A stretch of DNA of 64,000 nt, taken from the NCBI RefSeq assembly GCF_056712565.1, contig NZ_CM160072.1; one strand, given 5' to 3'. Each line of letters begins with the position of its first letter. The first letter of the stretch is position 1. Below the pieces are notes generated by a model. The model had not been told where the DNA came from and searched no databases. It saw only the letters and a program-made list of their open reading frames with translations. Both the position numbers and the translations under genes were made by a program. Shown here one piece after another: positions 33,862-44,877 of the stretch.

Positions 33862-34479
33862 ATGACAACCCAGTATGGATTTTTTATTGATTCCAGCCGT
33901 TGCACCGGTTGCAAAACCTGCGAGCTGGCTTGTAAAGACTACAAAGATTTGACGCCAGAAGTCAGCTTCCGCCGCATTTATGAATATGCTGGTGGCGACT
34001 GGCAGGAAGATAACGGTGTCTGGCACCAGAACGTGTTTGCCTACTATCTGTCGATTTCATGTAACCACTGCGAAGATCCGGCTTGTACTAAAGTCTGCCC
34101 GAGCGGTGCGATGCATAAACGTGAAGATGGTTTTGTTGTGGTCGATGAAGATGTATGCATTGGCTGCCGTTACTGTCATATGGCTTGCCCGTATGGCGCA
34201 CCGCAATATAACGAAACGAAAGGCCATATGACCAAATGCGATGGTTGTTATGACCGTGTTGCGGAGGGAAAAAAACCGATCTGCGTAGAGTCCTGCCCGC
34301 TGCGGGCGCTGGATTTCGGCCCTATCGACGAGCTGCGTAAAAAACATGGCGATCTGGCGGCCGTTGCGCCGTTGCCGCGAGCTCACTTTACCAAACCGAA
34401 TATTGTGATCAAACCCAATGCCAACAGCCGCCCAACCGGGGATACCACTGGCTATCTGGCAAACCCGAAGGAGGTGTGA
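33862..34479 (+). CDS. dmsB: DMSO reductase iron-sulfur subunit DmsB
   Basis: 205-aa ORF with four Cys-x2-Cys-x2-Cys-x3-Cys ferredoxin motifs. Confidence 0.93.
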   Translation: MTTQYGFFIDSSRCTGCKTCELACKDYKDLTPEVSFRRIYEYAGGDWQEDNGVWHQNVFAYYLSISCNHCEDPACTKVCPSGAMHKREDGFVVVDEDVCIGCRYCHMACPYGAPQYNETKGHMTKCDGCYDRVAEGKKPICVESCPLRALDFGPIDELRKKHGDLAAVAPLPRAHFTKPNIVIKPNANSRPTGDTTGYLANPKEV

Positions 34480-34480
34480 G

Positions 34481-35344
34481 ATGGGAAGTGGATGGCATGA
34501 ATGGCCGCTGATGATCTTCACGGTCTTCGGGCAATGTGTAGCGGGTGGTTTTATCGTTCTGGCTTTGGCGCTGCTCAAAGGCGACCTGCGAGCAGAAGCC
34601 CAGCAGCGTGTTATCGCCTGCATGTTGGGTTTATGGGTGCTGATGGGCATTGGCTTTATCGCCTCTATGCTTCATCTTGGTTCACCGATGCGCGCTTTTA
34701 ACTCGCTCAATCGGGTAGGGGCTTCAGCACTCAGTAACGAAATTGCCAGCGGTTCGATCTTTTTTGCTGTAGGCGGCATCGGCTGGTTGCTGGCAATGCT
34801 GAAAAAGCTTTCACCGGCATTGCGTACGCTTTGGCTGGTGGTGACGATGGTTCTTGGCGTAGTCTTTGTCTGGATGATGGTGCGTGTGTATAACAGCATC
34901 GATACAGTACCCACCTGGTACAGCATCTGGACACCGATGGGCTTCTTCCTGACGATGTTTATGGGCGGCCCGTTACTGGGTTACCTGTTGCTGAGTCTGG
35001 CTGGTGTCGATGGCTGGGCGATGCGTCTGCTGCCAGCCATTTCTGTTCTGGCACTGGTAGTGAGTGGCGTGATGTCAGTGATGCAGGGCGCAGAGCTGGC
35101 GAATATTCATAGCTCTGTGCAGCAGGCCGCAGCGCTGGTGCCGGACTATGGTGCGCTGATGTCCTGGCGGATCGTGCTTTTGGCCGTTGCCCTGTGCTTG
35201 TGGATTGCACCACAGCTAAAAGGTTATCAGCCTGCGGTTCCGCTACTTTCTGTATCATTCATTCTGCTTCTGGCAGGGGAATTAATCGGTCGTGGCGTAT
35301 TCTATGGTTTGCATATGACCGTGGGGATGGCTGTCGCAAGTTAA
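34481..35344 (+). CDS. dmsC: DMSO reductase membrane anchor DmsC
   Basis: 287-aa product MGSGWHEWPLMIFTVFGQ (track ORF starts upstream at 34418). Confidence 0.9.
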   Translation: MGSGWHEWPLMIFTVFGQCVAGGFIVLALALLKGDLRAEAQQRVIACMLGLWVLMGIGFIASMLHLGSPMRAFNSLNRVGASALSNEIASGSIFFAVGGIGWLLAMLKKLSPALRTLWLVVTMVLGVVFVWMMVRVYNSIDTVPTWYSIWTPMGFFLTMFMGGPLLGYLLLSLAGVDGWAMRLLPAISVLALVVSGVMSVMQGAELANIHSSVQQAAALVPDYGALMSWRIVLLAVALCLWIAPQLKGYQPAVPLLSVSFILLLAGELIGRGVFYGLHMTVGMAVAS

Positions 35345-35379
35345 TCAGTAACAACCGGGGTTTCGGCCCCGGTTCGCTT

Positions 35380-36006
35380 TTATTTCTGCTTCGTTAACGT
35401 GTCATAACTGGTCATCAAGTTACGATAATCAGGAATGTGGTTAGAGAACAACGTCGCCAGTCCTTCAATATCATTACGCCAGTCGCGATGCAGCTCGCAC
35501 GCCACGCCGAACCATGTCATCAATTGCGCACCAGCTTGCGACATGCGATCCCATGCCGAATGCCGGGTAATTTCATTAAAGGTCCCTGACGCGTCAGTCA
35601 CGACAAAGACGTCAAACCCTTCTTCAATGGCTGAAAGCGCCGGGAATGCCACGCAAACTTCGGTTACCACACCGGCAATAATTAACTGTTTTTTACCTGT
35701 CGCTTTGACAGCTTTTACAAAATCTTCGTTATCCCAGGCGTTAATATTTCCCGGGCGAGCAATGTAAGGTGCATCGGGGAATTGTGCTTTCAGTTCTGGA
35801 ACTAATGGGCCGTTAGGACCGGTTTCAAAACTGGTGGTAAGAATAGTTGGTAAGTTGAAATACTTAGCCAGGTCACCCAGCGCCAGCACGTTATTTTTAA
35901 ACTTATCGGGTTCGATATCTCGTACAAGGGAAAGTAAACCAGCCTGGTGATCAACAAGCAAAACGGCAGCATCATTTTTATCAAGACGAACATACGGTTT
36001 GGTCAT
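35380..36006 (-). CDS. ycaC: isochorismatase-family hydrolase YcaC
   Basis: 208-aa product MTKPYVRLDKNDAAVLLVDHQ (track ORF extends to 36105). Confidence 0.9.
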   Translation of the reverse strand: MTKPYVRLDKNDAAVLLVDHQAGLLSLVRDIEPDKFKNNVLALGDLAKYFNLPTILTTSFETGPNGPLVPELKAQFPDAPYIARPGNINAWDNEDFVKAVKATGKKQLIIAGVVTEVCVAFPALSAIEEGFDVFVVTDASGTFNEITRHSAWDRMSQAGAQLMTWFGVACELHRDWRNDIEGLATLFSNHIPDYRNLMTSYDTLTKQK

Positions 36007-36319
36007 CCTCTTCTCCTTTCGAGAGTCAGTGGTACGTCTAAATCGGTCAGACGTGATGCATTGCTCTGAAAGCATAGACGGGAAATATGAGTTTGCTGTG
36101 ACCATGAAATTTTTCGACTGAACGAAGCGTATGAAATTTGTGTTAGATCAATAAAAACAATCAGATGAGATTAATCGTCTCTTCAGCATTAGCGTTATGA
36201 ATGAGTAATATAAATCGATAATACCGCCGCTGCGATATGCGCGTATTTTCACCCATTGACAATGTTTTTGGCGGTGGCATGATGCGCATGAAATTTGAAC
36301 TTCCTCACGGTTTTAATTC

Positions 36320-37468
36320 ATGTCCACGTATACCCGGCCTGTCATGCTTTTGCTGTCTGGCCTGCTTTTGTTGACTCTGGCGATTGCGGTGTTAAATACA
36401 CTCGTGCCGCTTTGGCTCGCCCAGGAACACATGTCTACATGGCAGGTAGGCGTTGTCAGCTCATCCTATTTTACCGGCAACCTTGTCGGTACATTGCTGA
36501 CAGGGTATGTCATTAAACGCATTGGCTTTAACCGTAGCTATTATCTGGCCTCCTTCATTTTTGCCGCTGGCTGTGCCGGCCTTGGCCTGATGATTGGATT
36601 CTGGAGTTGGTTGGCGTGGCGTTTTGTCGCTGGCATCGGCTGTGCCATGATTTGGGTGGTTGTTGAGAGTGCGCTGATGTGCAGTGGGACGTCGCGTAAC
36701 CGCGGGCGGTTGCTTGCTGCGTATATGATGGTTTATTACGTCGGAACGTTTTTAGGCCAGTTACTGGTCAGCAAAGTCTCAACCGAGTTGATGAGTGTAT
36801 TGCCGTGGGTTACAGGTTTGACGTTGGCAGGAATCTTACCGCTGTTGTTTACGCATGTCCTGAATCAGCAGGCTGAAAACCATGATTCGACGTCAATTAC
36901 GTCAATGCTAAAACTCCGTCAGGCACGGCTTGGCGTGAATGGCTGCATTATCTCAGGAATCGTGCTGGGATCTCTATATGGCCTGATGCCGCTGTACCTC
37001 AATCACAAAGGGGTGAGCAATGCCAGCATTGGTTTCTGGATGGCGGTACTGGTCAGTGCGGGTATCCTCGGGCAATGGCCGATTGGACGTCTGGCGGATA
37101 AGTTTGGTCGACTGCTGGTGTTGCGTGTTCAGGTCTTTGTCGTCATTCTCGGCAGTATTGCGATGCTTAGCCAGGCGGCGATGGCCCCAGCGTTATTCAT
37201 CCTCGGTGCCGCTGGCTTTACGCTATATCCGGTGGCGATGGCCTGGGCTTGTGAGAAAGTTGAACATCATCAACTGGTAGCGATGAACCAGGCCTTACTG
37301 TTGAGCTATACCGTGGGAAGCCTGCTTGGCCCGTCATTTACCGCTATGCTAATGCAGAATTTCTCCGATAATTTATTATTTATCATGATCGCCAGCGTAT
37401 CGTTTATCTATTTGCTGATGCTGCTTCGCAACGCCGGTCATACGCCGAAACCCGTGGCTCACGTGTAA
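36320..37468 (+). CDS. ycaD: MFS transporter YcaD
   Basis: 382-aa ORF with about 12 predicted TM helices. Confidence 0.88.
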
Positions 37469-37477
37469 ATGAATTCA

Positions 37478-37516
37478 AGCAGAGTGTGAACTTACTGTTT
37501 CACACTCTGCTTTTCT
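37478..37516 (+). terminator. ycaD rho-independent terminator
   Basis: near-perfect inverted repeat AGCAGAGTGTGAA/TTCACACTCTGCT followed by TTTTCTG. Confidence 0.65.
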
Positions 37517-37522
37517 GTGCAC

Positions 37523-37552
37523 AAAAAAGCGGCAACTTAATAAAGTTGCCGC
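37523..37552 (-). terminator. pflA rho-independent terminator
   Basis: GCGGCAACTT/AAGTTGCCGC hairpin with a U-run in the minus transcript. Confidence 0.65.
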
Positions 37553-37564
37553 TTTACGGGGAAA

Positions 37565-38305
37565 TTAGAACATGACCTTATGACCGTACTGCTCAAGAAT
37601 GCCTTTCACGCGTTCCATGGTCTCTTTCTTCGGTGGTTTAACACCATCGAGTTTGTATTCTTCACCCATTGCCACCCATTTGTGTTTGCCCAGTTCGTGG
37701 TAGGGGAGGAGCTCGATTTTCTCAACGTTGCCCATATCACGGGTAAATTCACCAAGGCGATGCGCTGAATCGTCATCGTCAGACCAGCCTGGGACAACAA
37801 CATAGCGGATCCACACCTTCACATTTTTGTTCGCCAGATATTTAGCGAACTCCAGCGTGCGGTGGTTGGAAACTCCAACCAGATTTTGGTGGATCTCGTC
37901 GTTCATCTGTTTGAGATCGAGCATTACCAGGTCGGTTACTTCCAGCAGTTCATCAATCACCGGATCGTAACGACGAACAAAACCGTTGGTGTCCAGACAG
38001 GTATGAATGCCTTCTTTTTTGCAGGCGCGGAACCAGTCACGAACAAACTCAGCTTGTAGGATTGCCTCACCGCCGGATGCGGTAACGCCGCCGCCGGAAG
38101 CGTTCATAAAGTGGCGATAGGTCACCACTTCCTTCATCAAATCTTCAACGGTAACTTCTTTACCGCCATGCGTATCCCAGGTGTCGCGGTTATGACAATA
38201 CAGGCAGCGCATCAGGCAGCCCTGGAAAAAGGTGATAAAGCGAATACCCGGGCCGTCTACGGTTCCACAGGATTCAAAGGAGTGAATGCGACCAATAACT
38301 GACAT
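37565..38305 (-). CDS. pflA: pyruvate formate-lyase activating enzyme
   Basis: 246-aa product [23 protein letters not shown]; radical-SAM CxxxCxxC. Confidence 0.93.
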   Translation of the reverse strand: MSVIGRIHSFESCGTVDGPGIRFITFFQGCLMRCLYCHNRDTWDTHGGKEVTVEDLMKEVVTYRHFMNASGGGVTASGGEAILQAEFVRDWFRACKKEGIHTCLDTNGFVRRYDPVIDELLEVTDLVMLDLKQMNDEIHQNLVGVSNHRTLEFAKYLANKNVKVWIRYVVVPGWSDDDDSAHRLGEFTRDMGNVEKIELLPYHELGKHKWVAMGEEYKLDGVKPPKKETMERVKGILEQYGHKVMF

Positions 38306-38426
38306 TGCGGTGTTTCTCCAGATGTGGCCCATCTGAGGCCGTGTTGGTGCGCAGCTCGAAGGCTACGTCGAGTCTGTTTTGGCAGTCACCTTAAAGTATA
38401 GATAGCTGACAAAAAAGGCTCTCGTG

Positions 38427-38455
38427 CTAAAAAAGGCCCCACTTTCGTGGAGCCT
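38427..38455 (-). terminator. pflB rho-independent terminator
   Basis: GGCUCCAC-GAAA-GUGGGGCC hairpin followed by UUUUUU in the minus transcript. Confidence 0.65.
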
Positions 38456-38496
38456 TTATTGTACGCTTTTTACTGTACGATTTCAGTCAAATCTAA

Positions 38497-40779
38497 TTAC
38501 ATAGATTGAGTGAAGGTACGAGTAATAACGTCCTGCTGCTGTTCTTTAGTCAGCGAGTTGAAACGTACTGCGTAGCCAGATACACGGATGGTCAGCTGCG
38601 GATATTTTTCCGGGTTTTCCATCGCGTCGAGCAGCATTTCACGGTTCATCACGTTAACGTTCAGGTGCTGACCACCTTCGATGGATGCTTCGTGGTGGAA
38701 GTAACCATCCATCAGACCAGCCAGGTTGGTCTTACGAACTTCGTCGTCTTTACCCAGTGCGTTCGGAACGATAGAGAAGGTGTAGGAGATACCATCTTTA
38801 GCGTAAGCAAACGGCAGTTTAGCAACGGAAGTCAGAGACGCTACAGCACCTTTCTGGTCACGACCGTGCATCGGGTTAGCACCCGGTCCGAACGGCGCGC
38901 CAGCACGACGACCGTCTGGGGTGTTACCAGTTTTCTTACCATACACAACGTTAGAAGTGATGGTCAGAACAGACTGAGTCGGGATAGCGTCACGGTAGGT
39001 GTGCAGTTTCTGAATTTTCTTCATGAAACGTTCTACCAGGTCAACAGCCAGGTCATCTACACGCGGATCGTTGTTACCAAACTGCGGGTATTCGCCTTCG
39101 ATTTCGAAGTCGATAGCCAGACCGTCTTCGTCACGAATCGGTTTAACTTTCGCATATTTGATTGCAGACAGGGAGTCAGCAGCAACGGACAGACCAGCGA
39201 TACCACACGCCATGGTGCGGATAACGTCACGGTCGTGCAGCGCCATCAGAGAGGCTTCGTAGCTGTACTTGTCGTGCATGTAGTGGATGATGTTCAGTGC
39301 AGTGATGTACTGTTTAGCCAGCCAGTCCATGAAGTGATCCATGCGCTCCATCACTTCATCATAGTTCAGGACATCGCCTTTGATCGGTTCAGACTTCGGA
39401 CCAACCTGCATTTTCAGTTTTTCGTCAACGCCGCCGTTGATTGCGTACAGCATGGTTTTCGCCAGGTTTGCACGCGCACCGAAGAACTGCATTTGTTTAC
39501 CAACGATCATCGGGCTTACGCAGCAAGCAATAGCGTAGTCATCGTTGTTGAAGTCCGGACGCATCAGGTCATCGTTCTCATACTGCAGAGAAGAGGTGTC
39601 GATGGACACTTTAGCGGCGAATTTCTTGAAGTTCAGCGGCAGTTTTTCAGACCACAGAATGGTCATGTTCGGTTCCGGAGACGGACCCATGGTGTACAGG
39701 GTGTTCAGGAAACGGAAGCTGTTTTTGGTAACCAGGGTACGACCGTCGAGGCCCATACCACCGATAGATTCGGTTGCCCAGATCGGGTCGCCAGAGAACA
39801 GTTCATCGTATTCCGGAGTACGCAGGAAGCGAACCATACGCAGTTTCATGACCAGGTGGTCAACCATTTCCTGCGCTTCTTGTTCGGTGATCTTGCCAGC
39901 TTTCAGGTCACGTTCGATGTACACATCCAGGAAGGTGGAGGTACGACCGAAGGACATTGCAGCACCGTTCTGAGACTTAACAGCAGCCAGGTAGCCGAAG
40001 TAAGTCCACTGGATAGCTTCCTGAGCGTTGGTAGCCGGACCAGAGATGTCGTAGCCGTATTTCGCAGCCATTTCTTTCATCTGACCCAGAGCGCGGTGCT
40101 GTTCAGCGATTTCTTCGCGCAGACGGATAGTCTGTTCCAGGTTTACGCCGTTTTCCAGATCAGCCTGCAGAGAGGTGAACTGTGCAAGTTTGTCTTTCAT
40201 CAGGTAGTCGATACCGTACAGCGCAACGCGACGGTAGTCACCGATGATACGACCACGGCCATAAGCATCTGGCAGACCGGTCAGAACACCGGATTTACGG
40301 CAACGCAGGATGTCCGGAGTGTAAACGTCGAACACGCCCTGGTTGTGAGTTTTACGGTATTCAGTGAAGATTTTTTTGATCATCGGGTCCAGTTCGCGGT
40401 TGTACGCTTTGCAGGAACCTTCGATCATTTTGATACCACCGAACGGGATAAGAGCACGTTTCAGCGGAGCTTCAGTCTGCAGACCAACGATTTTCTCAAG
40501 CTGCTTGTTGATGTAACCAGCGTCGTGAGAGGTGATGGTGGAAGCAACAGCGGTGTCAAAGTCAACTGGCGCGTGAGTGCGGTTTTCCAGTTTAACGCCT
40601 TCCATTACTTTGTCCCACAGGGTGGTGGTCGCTTCAGTAGCGCCAGCCAGGAAGGACTCGTCACCCTCGTACGGAGTGTAGTTTTTCTGAATGAAGTCAC
40701 GGACGTTTACTTCATTCTGCCAGTCACCTTTGGTAAAACCTTCCCAGGCTGTGGCTAACTTTTCATTAAGCTCGGACAT
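38497..40779 (-). CDS. pflB: pyruvate formate-lyase
   Basis: 760-aa [23 protein letters not shown]...; C-terminal glycyl-radical motif RVSGYAV. Confidence 0.95.
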
Positions 40780-40833
40780 GTAACACCTACCTTCTTAAGT
40801 GGATTTTTTATTTACTGCGTACTTCGACAACCA

Positions 40834-41691
40834 TTAATGGTGATCGTTTTCACGCAGGTAAATGACCCAGTATGTCAACCCAACCAACAAACCACCGCCG
40901 ATAATATTACCGATCGTAACCGGAATCAGGTTATCAGTGATGAAATTCATCACGGTCAGGTGAGAAAAATTTTCCGGTGCAGAACCGACAGCGGTCCAGA
41001 ATTCCGGAGATGCGAAGTCGCGGATTACAATACCCATCGGGATCATAAACATGTTTGCGATACTGTGCTCAAAACCGCTGGCAACAAACATCGCGACCGG
41101 CAGCACCATAATGAACGCTTTGTCCATCAGGCTGCGGCCAGAATAACTCATCCATACTGCCAGACATACCATCAGGTTCGCCAGGATACCAAGACAGACG
41201 GCCTCAATAAAAGTATGGTGCACTTTGTGGTCGGCGGTTTGTAGGACGTTTAGTCCCCATTGACCATTTGCGGTCATATACTCGCCGGAAAGCCACATTA
41301 AAAGTACAAACAGCAGTGCGCCGACCAGGTTGCCAAAATAAACATTTAGCCAGTTTTTCGCCAACTGACCCCAGGTGATGCGCCCACTCGCCTTGGCAAC
41401 AACAATCAACACTGTGGAAGTAAAGAGATCGGCTCCGCAGACAACACAAAGAATCAACCCCAGAGAGAAGCAAATGCCGCCAACCAGTTTTGCCATGCCG
41501 AAGGGCATTGTACCTGTGCCAGTGGTTGCTGTGATATAGAAGACGAATGCGATTGAGATGAAAACACCGGCGGTAATCGCCAGATAGAAAGTCTTAAGCG
41601 GATGTTTCGTTGCTTTATAGACACCTGCCTCTTCGGCCACTTTGGCCATTGCAGCAGGAAGTAAAAGATCAAAAGGGTTGTCAGCTTTCAC
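40834..41691 (-). CDS. focA: formate channel FocA (GTG start)
   Basis: 285-aa product (V/M)KADNPFDLLLPAAMAKVAEEAG (track ORF extends upstream to 42030). Confidence 0.9.
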   Translation of the reverse strand: MKADNPFDLLLPAAMAKVAEEAGVYKATKHPLKTFYLAITAGVFISIAFVFYITATTGTGTMPFGMAKLVGGICFSLGLILCVVCGADLFTSTVLIVVAKASGRITWGQLAKNWLNVYFGNLVGALLFVLLMWLSGEYMTANGQWGLNVLQTADHKVHHTFIEAVCLGILANLMVCLAVWMSYSGRSLMDKAFIMVLPVAMFVASGFEHSIANMFMIPMGIVIRDFASPEFWTAVGSAPENFSHLTVMNFITDNLIPVTIGNIIGGGLLVGLTYWVIYLRENDHH

Positions 41692-41751
41692 ACTAACTCT
41701 CTCTTTATTAAGTCGGCGACGAGATACTAACAAAGCATTATAGATGAGAAA

Positions 41752-41765
41752 TTGATATAGATCAT
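41752..41765. promoter_or_regulatory. putative FNR box upstream of focA-pflB
   Basis: TTGATatagATCAT about 60-75 bp upstream of the focA start; focA-pflB is known to be FNR/ArcA-controlled. Confidence 0.4.
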
Positions 41766-42096
41766 ATCTCGCCTGGCTTATAGGCCCGTAACTCGCATGG
41801 TTTTTATGCAAATACGGAGTAAATATTTGATTATCCAAATAAAAATAAATTTTAAAAATTAACAAATGAGTTGAATTTTTTCCGCATCCTCCGCTAAAAC
41901 AGTTAATTAAAAGGGAGCACCTGGCGAATAAAGTAACAATATCGATCGTATTTATTAAATACAAATTACCGATATTTAACCTTATAATTACAATTATTTT
42001 ATTAATGCAAATATATGTAAAGCGGGGCATTAAAAAAACGCCCCGTAATATAACTCAGACGAATCATTAAGCCTACATTGCGTAGGCTATTTGATT

Positions 42097-43857
42097 TTAT
42101 TTTGCCCAGAATGCTGCTTTGGCGCGCTGCAGCTTTTCGTAGGCCTTCAACAACGACTGATGTGCAGCAAACGCGTGCAGATCGCTATCTACTGGTTGCA
42201 AGCCATAAAACGCCGCTTCGCCGCTCATTGCCGCACTGGCGGCTTCCACGGCATCTGCGCCGTACATGCGAACAAACGCATTCAGATATTGCAGCGGCTG
42301 GCGATCTTCTTCCTGCGCCAGTAATAACAACGTTTGCAGGCAGCGATAATAATTGGCGCGTTCCGGGCTGAATACTGATGAGTTAAACTCCATCGTCCAT
42401 TCGGCCCAGACCAGAGCCTGTTCCAGATCGCCACCAGCCAGCGCCAGCATGGCTTTTAATTCACCGATACGCAGAGTGTACCAGCCGTTATCCGACCCGG
42501 TCGCCAGACCCAACAGTTCACGCACGCGGGTAAAGTCATCAAAACCTTCTTCATCCAGTTGCTCGATGAGGTTCAGGTAATCTTCCTTTTCCCACTCGCT
42601 ACCTGGTAGCGAAAGAATCGTTTCACGTAAATGGCTGCCCATACTGTTATTCGCCAGCCACAGATCTTCAGCCGGATAAATATCGGACATGCCAGGCACG
42701 ATAATACGGCAAGCGTAGACACCCAGATGCTCGTAATCGGCAATATAAACTTCTTTATCTTCCTTTTTGAAGATAGCCATCAGCGTGGCGAACTCTTCTT
42801 CCGTGGTGCCGGAGAAGCTCCAGTCAACAAACGGATAATCGGCATCCTGCTTGAACAGGTCCCAGGAGATTAAACCGCTGGAATCGATAAAGTGCGTTTC
42901 GAGGTTGGTATGTTCAGCGACTTCTTCATCATCGAAGGTTGGTGGAGTAAACACATCCAGATCTTTTAGGCCACGACCTTGCAGCAGCTCGGTCACGGTA
43001 CGTTCCAGTGCAACGCCAAAATCAGGATGCGCACCGAATGAGGCAAAGCAGGTACCGTTAGCAGGATTGAACAGTACCACGCAAATCACCGGATACTGGC
43101 CGCCAAGCGAACCGTCATAAGCGAAGATCGGGAAATCTTCCGCTTCCAGCGTTTCGATCGCTTCAACTACTGCTGGATAACGTGCCAGCACGTCTGCCGG
43201 GATTTCCGGCAAGCTGATGCTTTCAGCAATAATGCGGTTTTTCACGTAACGTTCGAAAACTTCAGACAATCCCTGAACGCGTGCTTCGTTACGGGTATTG
43301 CCAGCAGACATACCGTTAGAAACGTACAAGTTACCAATGATATTCATCGGAATATAAATGGTCTGATTGTCGGACTGGCGCGTAAACGGTAGACCGCAAA
43401 TACCACGATCTTCGTTACCGGATTGCAGGTCAATCAGCATACTACCGGTCAGTTCATTCTCCGGATCGTAAAATGCGCGCAGACGGTCATCGAGCAGCCC
43501 TTCTGGTACATCGTCATTTTCGGTCAGTGGGAACCATTTTTCGTTGGGATAATGCACGAATGGGCCGTTGGCGATGGTTTCGCCCAGCCAGAAGTCCGCA
43601 AAAAAGTAGTTGGTTGAGAGACGCTCGAAATATTCACCGAGGGCAGAAGCCAGCGCCGCTTTTTTGGTTGCGCCTTTACCGTTGGTAAAACACAGTGCGC
43701 ACTCTTTGTCGCGAATATGTACAGACCAGACGTTAGGCACGGGATTCAGCCAGGAGGCCTCTTCAATCTGAAAACCGAGGTCTGAAAGTTTTTGCTGGAA
43801 GCGTGCGATGGAATCTTCCAGAGCGGCATCTTTGCCGGGGATAAATGTTTGCGTCAT
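42097..43857 (-). CDS. ycaO: YcaO-domain protein (ribosomal protein S12 methylthiotransferase accessory factor)
   Basis: 586-aa product MTQTFIPGKDAALEDSIARFQ (track ORF starts 11 codons upstream). Confidence 0.9.
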   Translation of the reverse strand: MTQTFIPGKDAALEDSIARFQQKLSDLGFQIEEASWLNPVPNVWSVHIRDKECALCFTNGKGATKKAALASALGEYFERLSTNYFFADFWLGETIANGPFVHYPNEKWFPLTENDDVPEGLLDDRLRAFYDPENELTGSMLIDLQSGNEDRGICGLPFTRQSDNQTIYIPMNIIGNLYVSNGMSAGNTRNEARVQGLSEVFERYVKNRIIAESISLPEIPADVLARYPAVVEAIETLEAEDFPIFAYDGSLGGQYPVICVVLFNPANGTCFASFGAHPDFGVALERTVTELLQGRGLKDLDVFTPPTFDDEEVAEHTNLETHFIDSSGLISWDLFKQDADYPFVDWSFSGTTEEEFATLMAIFKKEDKEVYIADYEHLGVYACRIIVPGMSDIYPAEDLWLANNSMGSHLRETILSLPGSEWEKEDYLNLIEQLDEEGFDDFTRVRELLGLATGSDNGWYTLRIGELKAMLALAGGDLEQALVWAEWTMEFNSSVFSPERANYYRCLQTLLLLAQEEDRQPLQYLNAFVRMYGADAVEAASAAMSGEAAFYGLQPVDSDLHAFAAHQSLLKAYEKLQRAKAAFWAK

Positions 43858-43986
43858 GAAAATCACTTTAGTCGTACGGAAAGCGCGCAATAATACGGGT
43901 TTTATCTCAAAGGTGCTATCACCGCCGCCACGCTGATGAACTGTTAGCTATGCTTTTAGCGGATTAACTACGATAAGAGCATAAAA

Positions 43987-44679
43987 ATGAAGGCGTTTGA
44001 TCTCCACCGTATAGCATTCGATAAAGTGCCTTTTGATTTCCTTGGCGAAGTTGCACTACGTAGTCTTTATACCTTTGTACTGGTCTTTTTGTTCCTCAAA
44101 ATGACCGGAAGACGCGGTGTGCGGCAGATGTCGCTGTTTGAAGTGTTAATCATTCTGACACTGGGTTCAGCGGCGGGAGATGTGGCGTTTTATGATGATG
44201 TGCCGATGGTCCCGGTACTTATCGTCTTTATTACTCTGGCGTTGTTATACCGCCTGGTAATGTGGTTGATGGCGCACAGTGAAAAACTGGAAGATCTTCT
44301 GGAAGGCAAGCCGGTTGTCATTATTGAAGATGGCGAGCTGGCCTGGTCGAAACTCAATAACTCCAACATGACGGAATTTGAGTTCTTTATGGAGCTACGA
44401 TTGCGCGGTGTAGAGCAGTTGGGGCAGGTACGTCTGGCGATTCTCGAAACCAACGGGCAAATCAGTGTTTATTTCTTTGAAGATGACAAGGTGAAACCGG
44501 GATTACTTATTTTACCCAGTGACTGTACTCAGCGTTACAAAGTGGTGCCGGAGTCGGCGGACTATGCCTGCATCCGTTGCAGTGAAATCATTCATATGAA
44601 CGCGGGGGAAAAACAATTATGTCCGCGCTGTGCAAATCCAGAATGGACGAAGGCAAGTCGAGCTAAACGGGTGACCTGA
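43987..44679 (+). CDS. ycaP: DUF421-family membrane protein YcaP
   Basis: 230-aa ORF, syntenic between ycaO and serC. Confidence 0.85.
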   Translation: MKAFDLHRIAFDKVPFDFLGEVALRSLYTFVLVFLFLKMTGRRGVRQMSLFEVLIILTLGSAAGDVAFYDDVPMVPVLIVFITLALLYRLVMWLMAHSEKLEDLLEGKPVVIIEDGELAWSKLNNSNMTEFEFFMELRLRGVEQLGQVRLAILETNGQISVYFFEDDKVKPGLLILPSDCTQRYKVVPESADYACIRCSEIIHMNAGEKQLCPRCANPEWTKASRAKRVT

Positions 44680-44877
44680 CAGCAAAAACATCGGCTTTTT
44701 GCTAATAATCCGAGAGATTCTTTTGTGTGATGCAAGCCACATTTTTGCCCTCAACGGTTTTACTCATTGCGATGTGTGTCACTGAATGATAAAACCGATA
44801 GCCACTGGAATAATGTATTACCTGTGGTCGCAATCGATTGACCGCGGGTTAATAGCAACGCAACGTGGTGAGGGGAA

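Noticed and set aside
38506-40758. 750-aa ORF antisense to pflB; similar long antisense ORFs in rpsA (49257..50396) and ftsK (24767..25201, 25502..26095)
   Set aside because: Highly expressed genes with strong codon bias avoid the sense codons whose complements are stop codons, so long stop-free antisense frames arise without coding. No start or SD context; low-complexity translations.
42020-42050. CGGGGC/GCCCCG hairpin downstream of ycaO as a terminator
   Set aside because: No U-run follows the stem on either strand (the A/T run is in the loop), so it does not look like a canonical intrinsic terminator.
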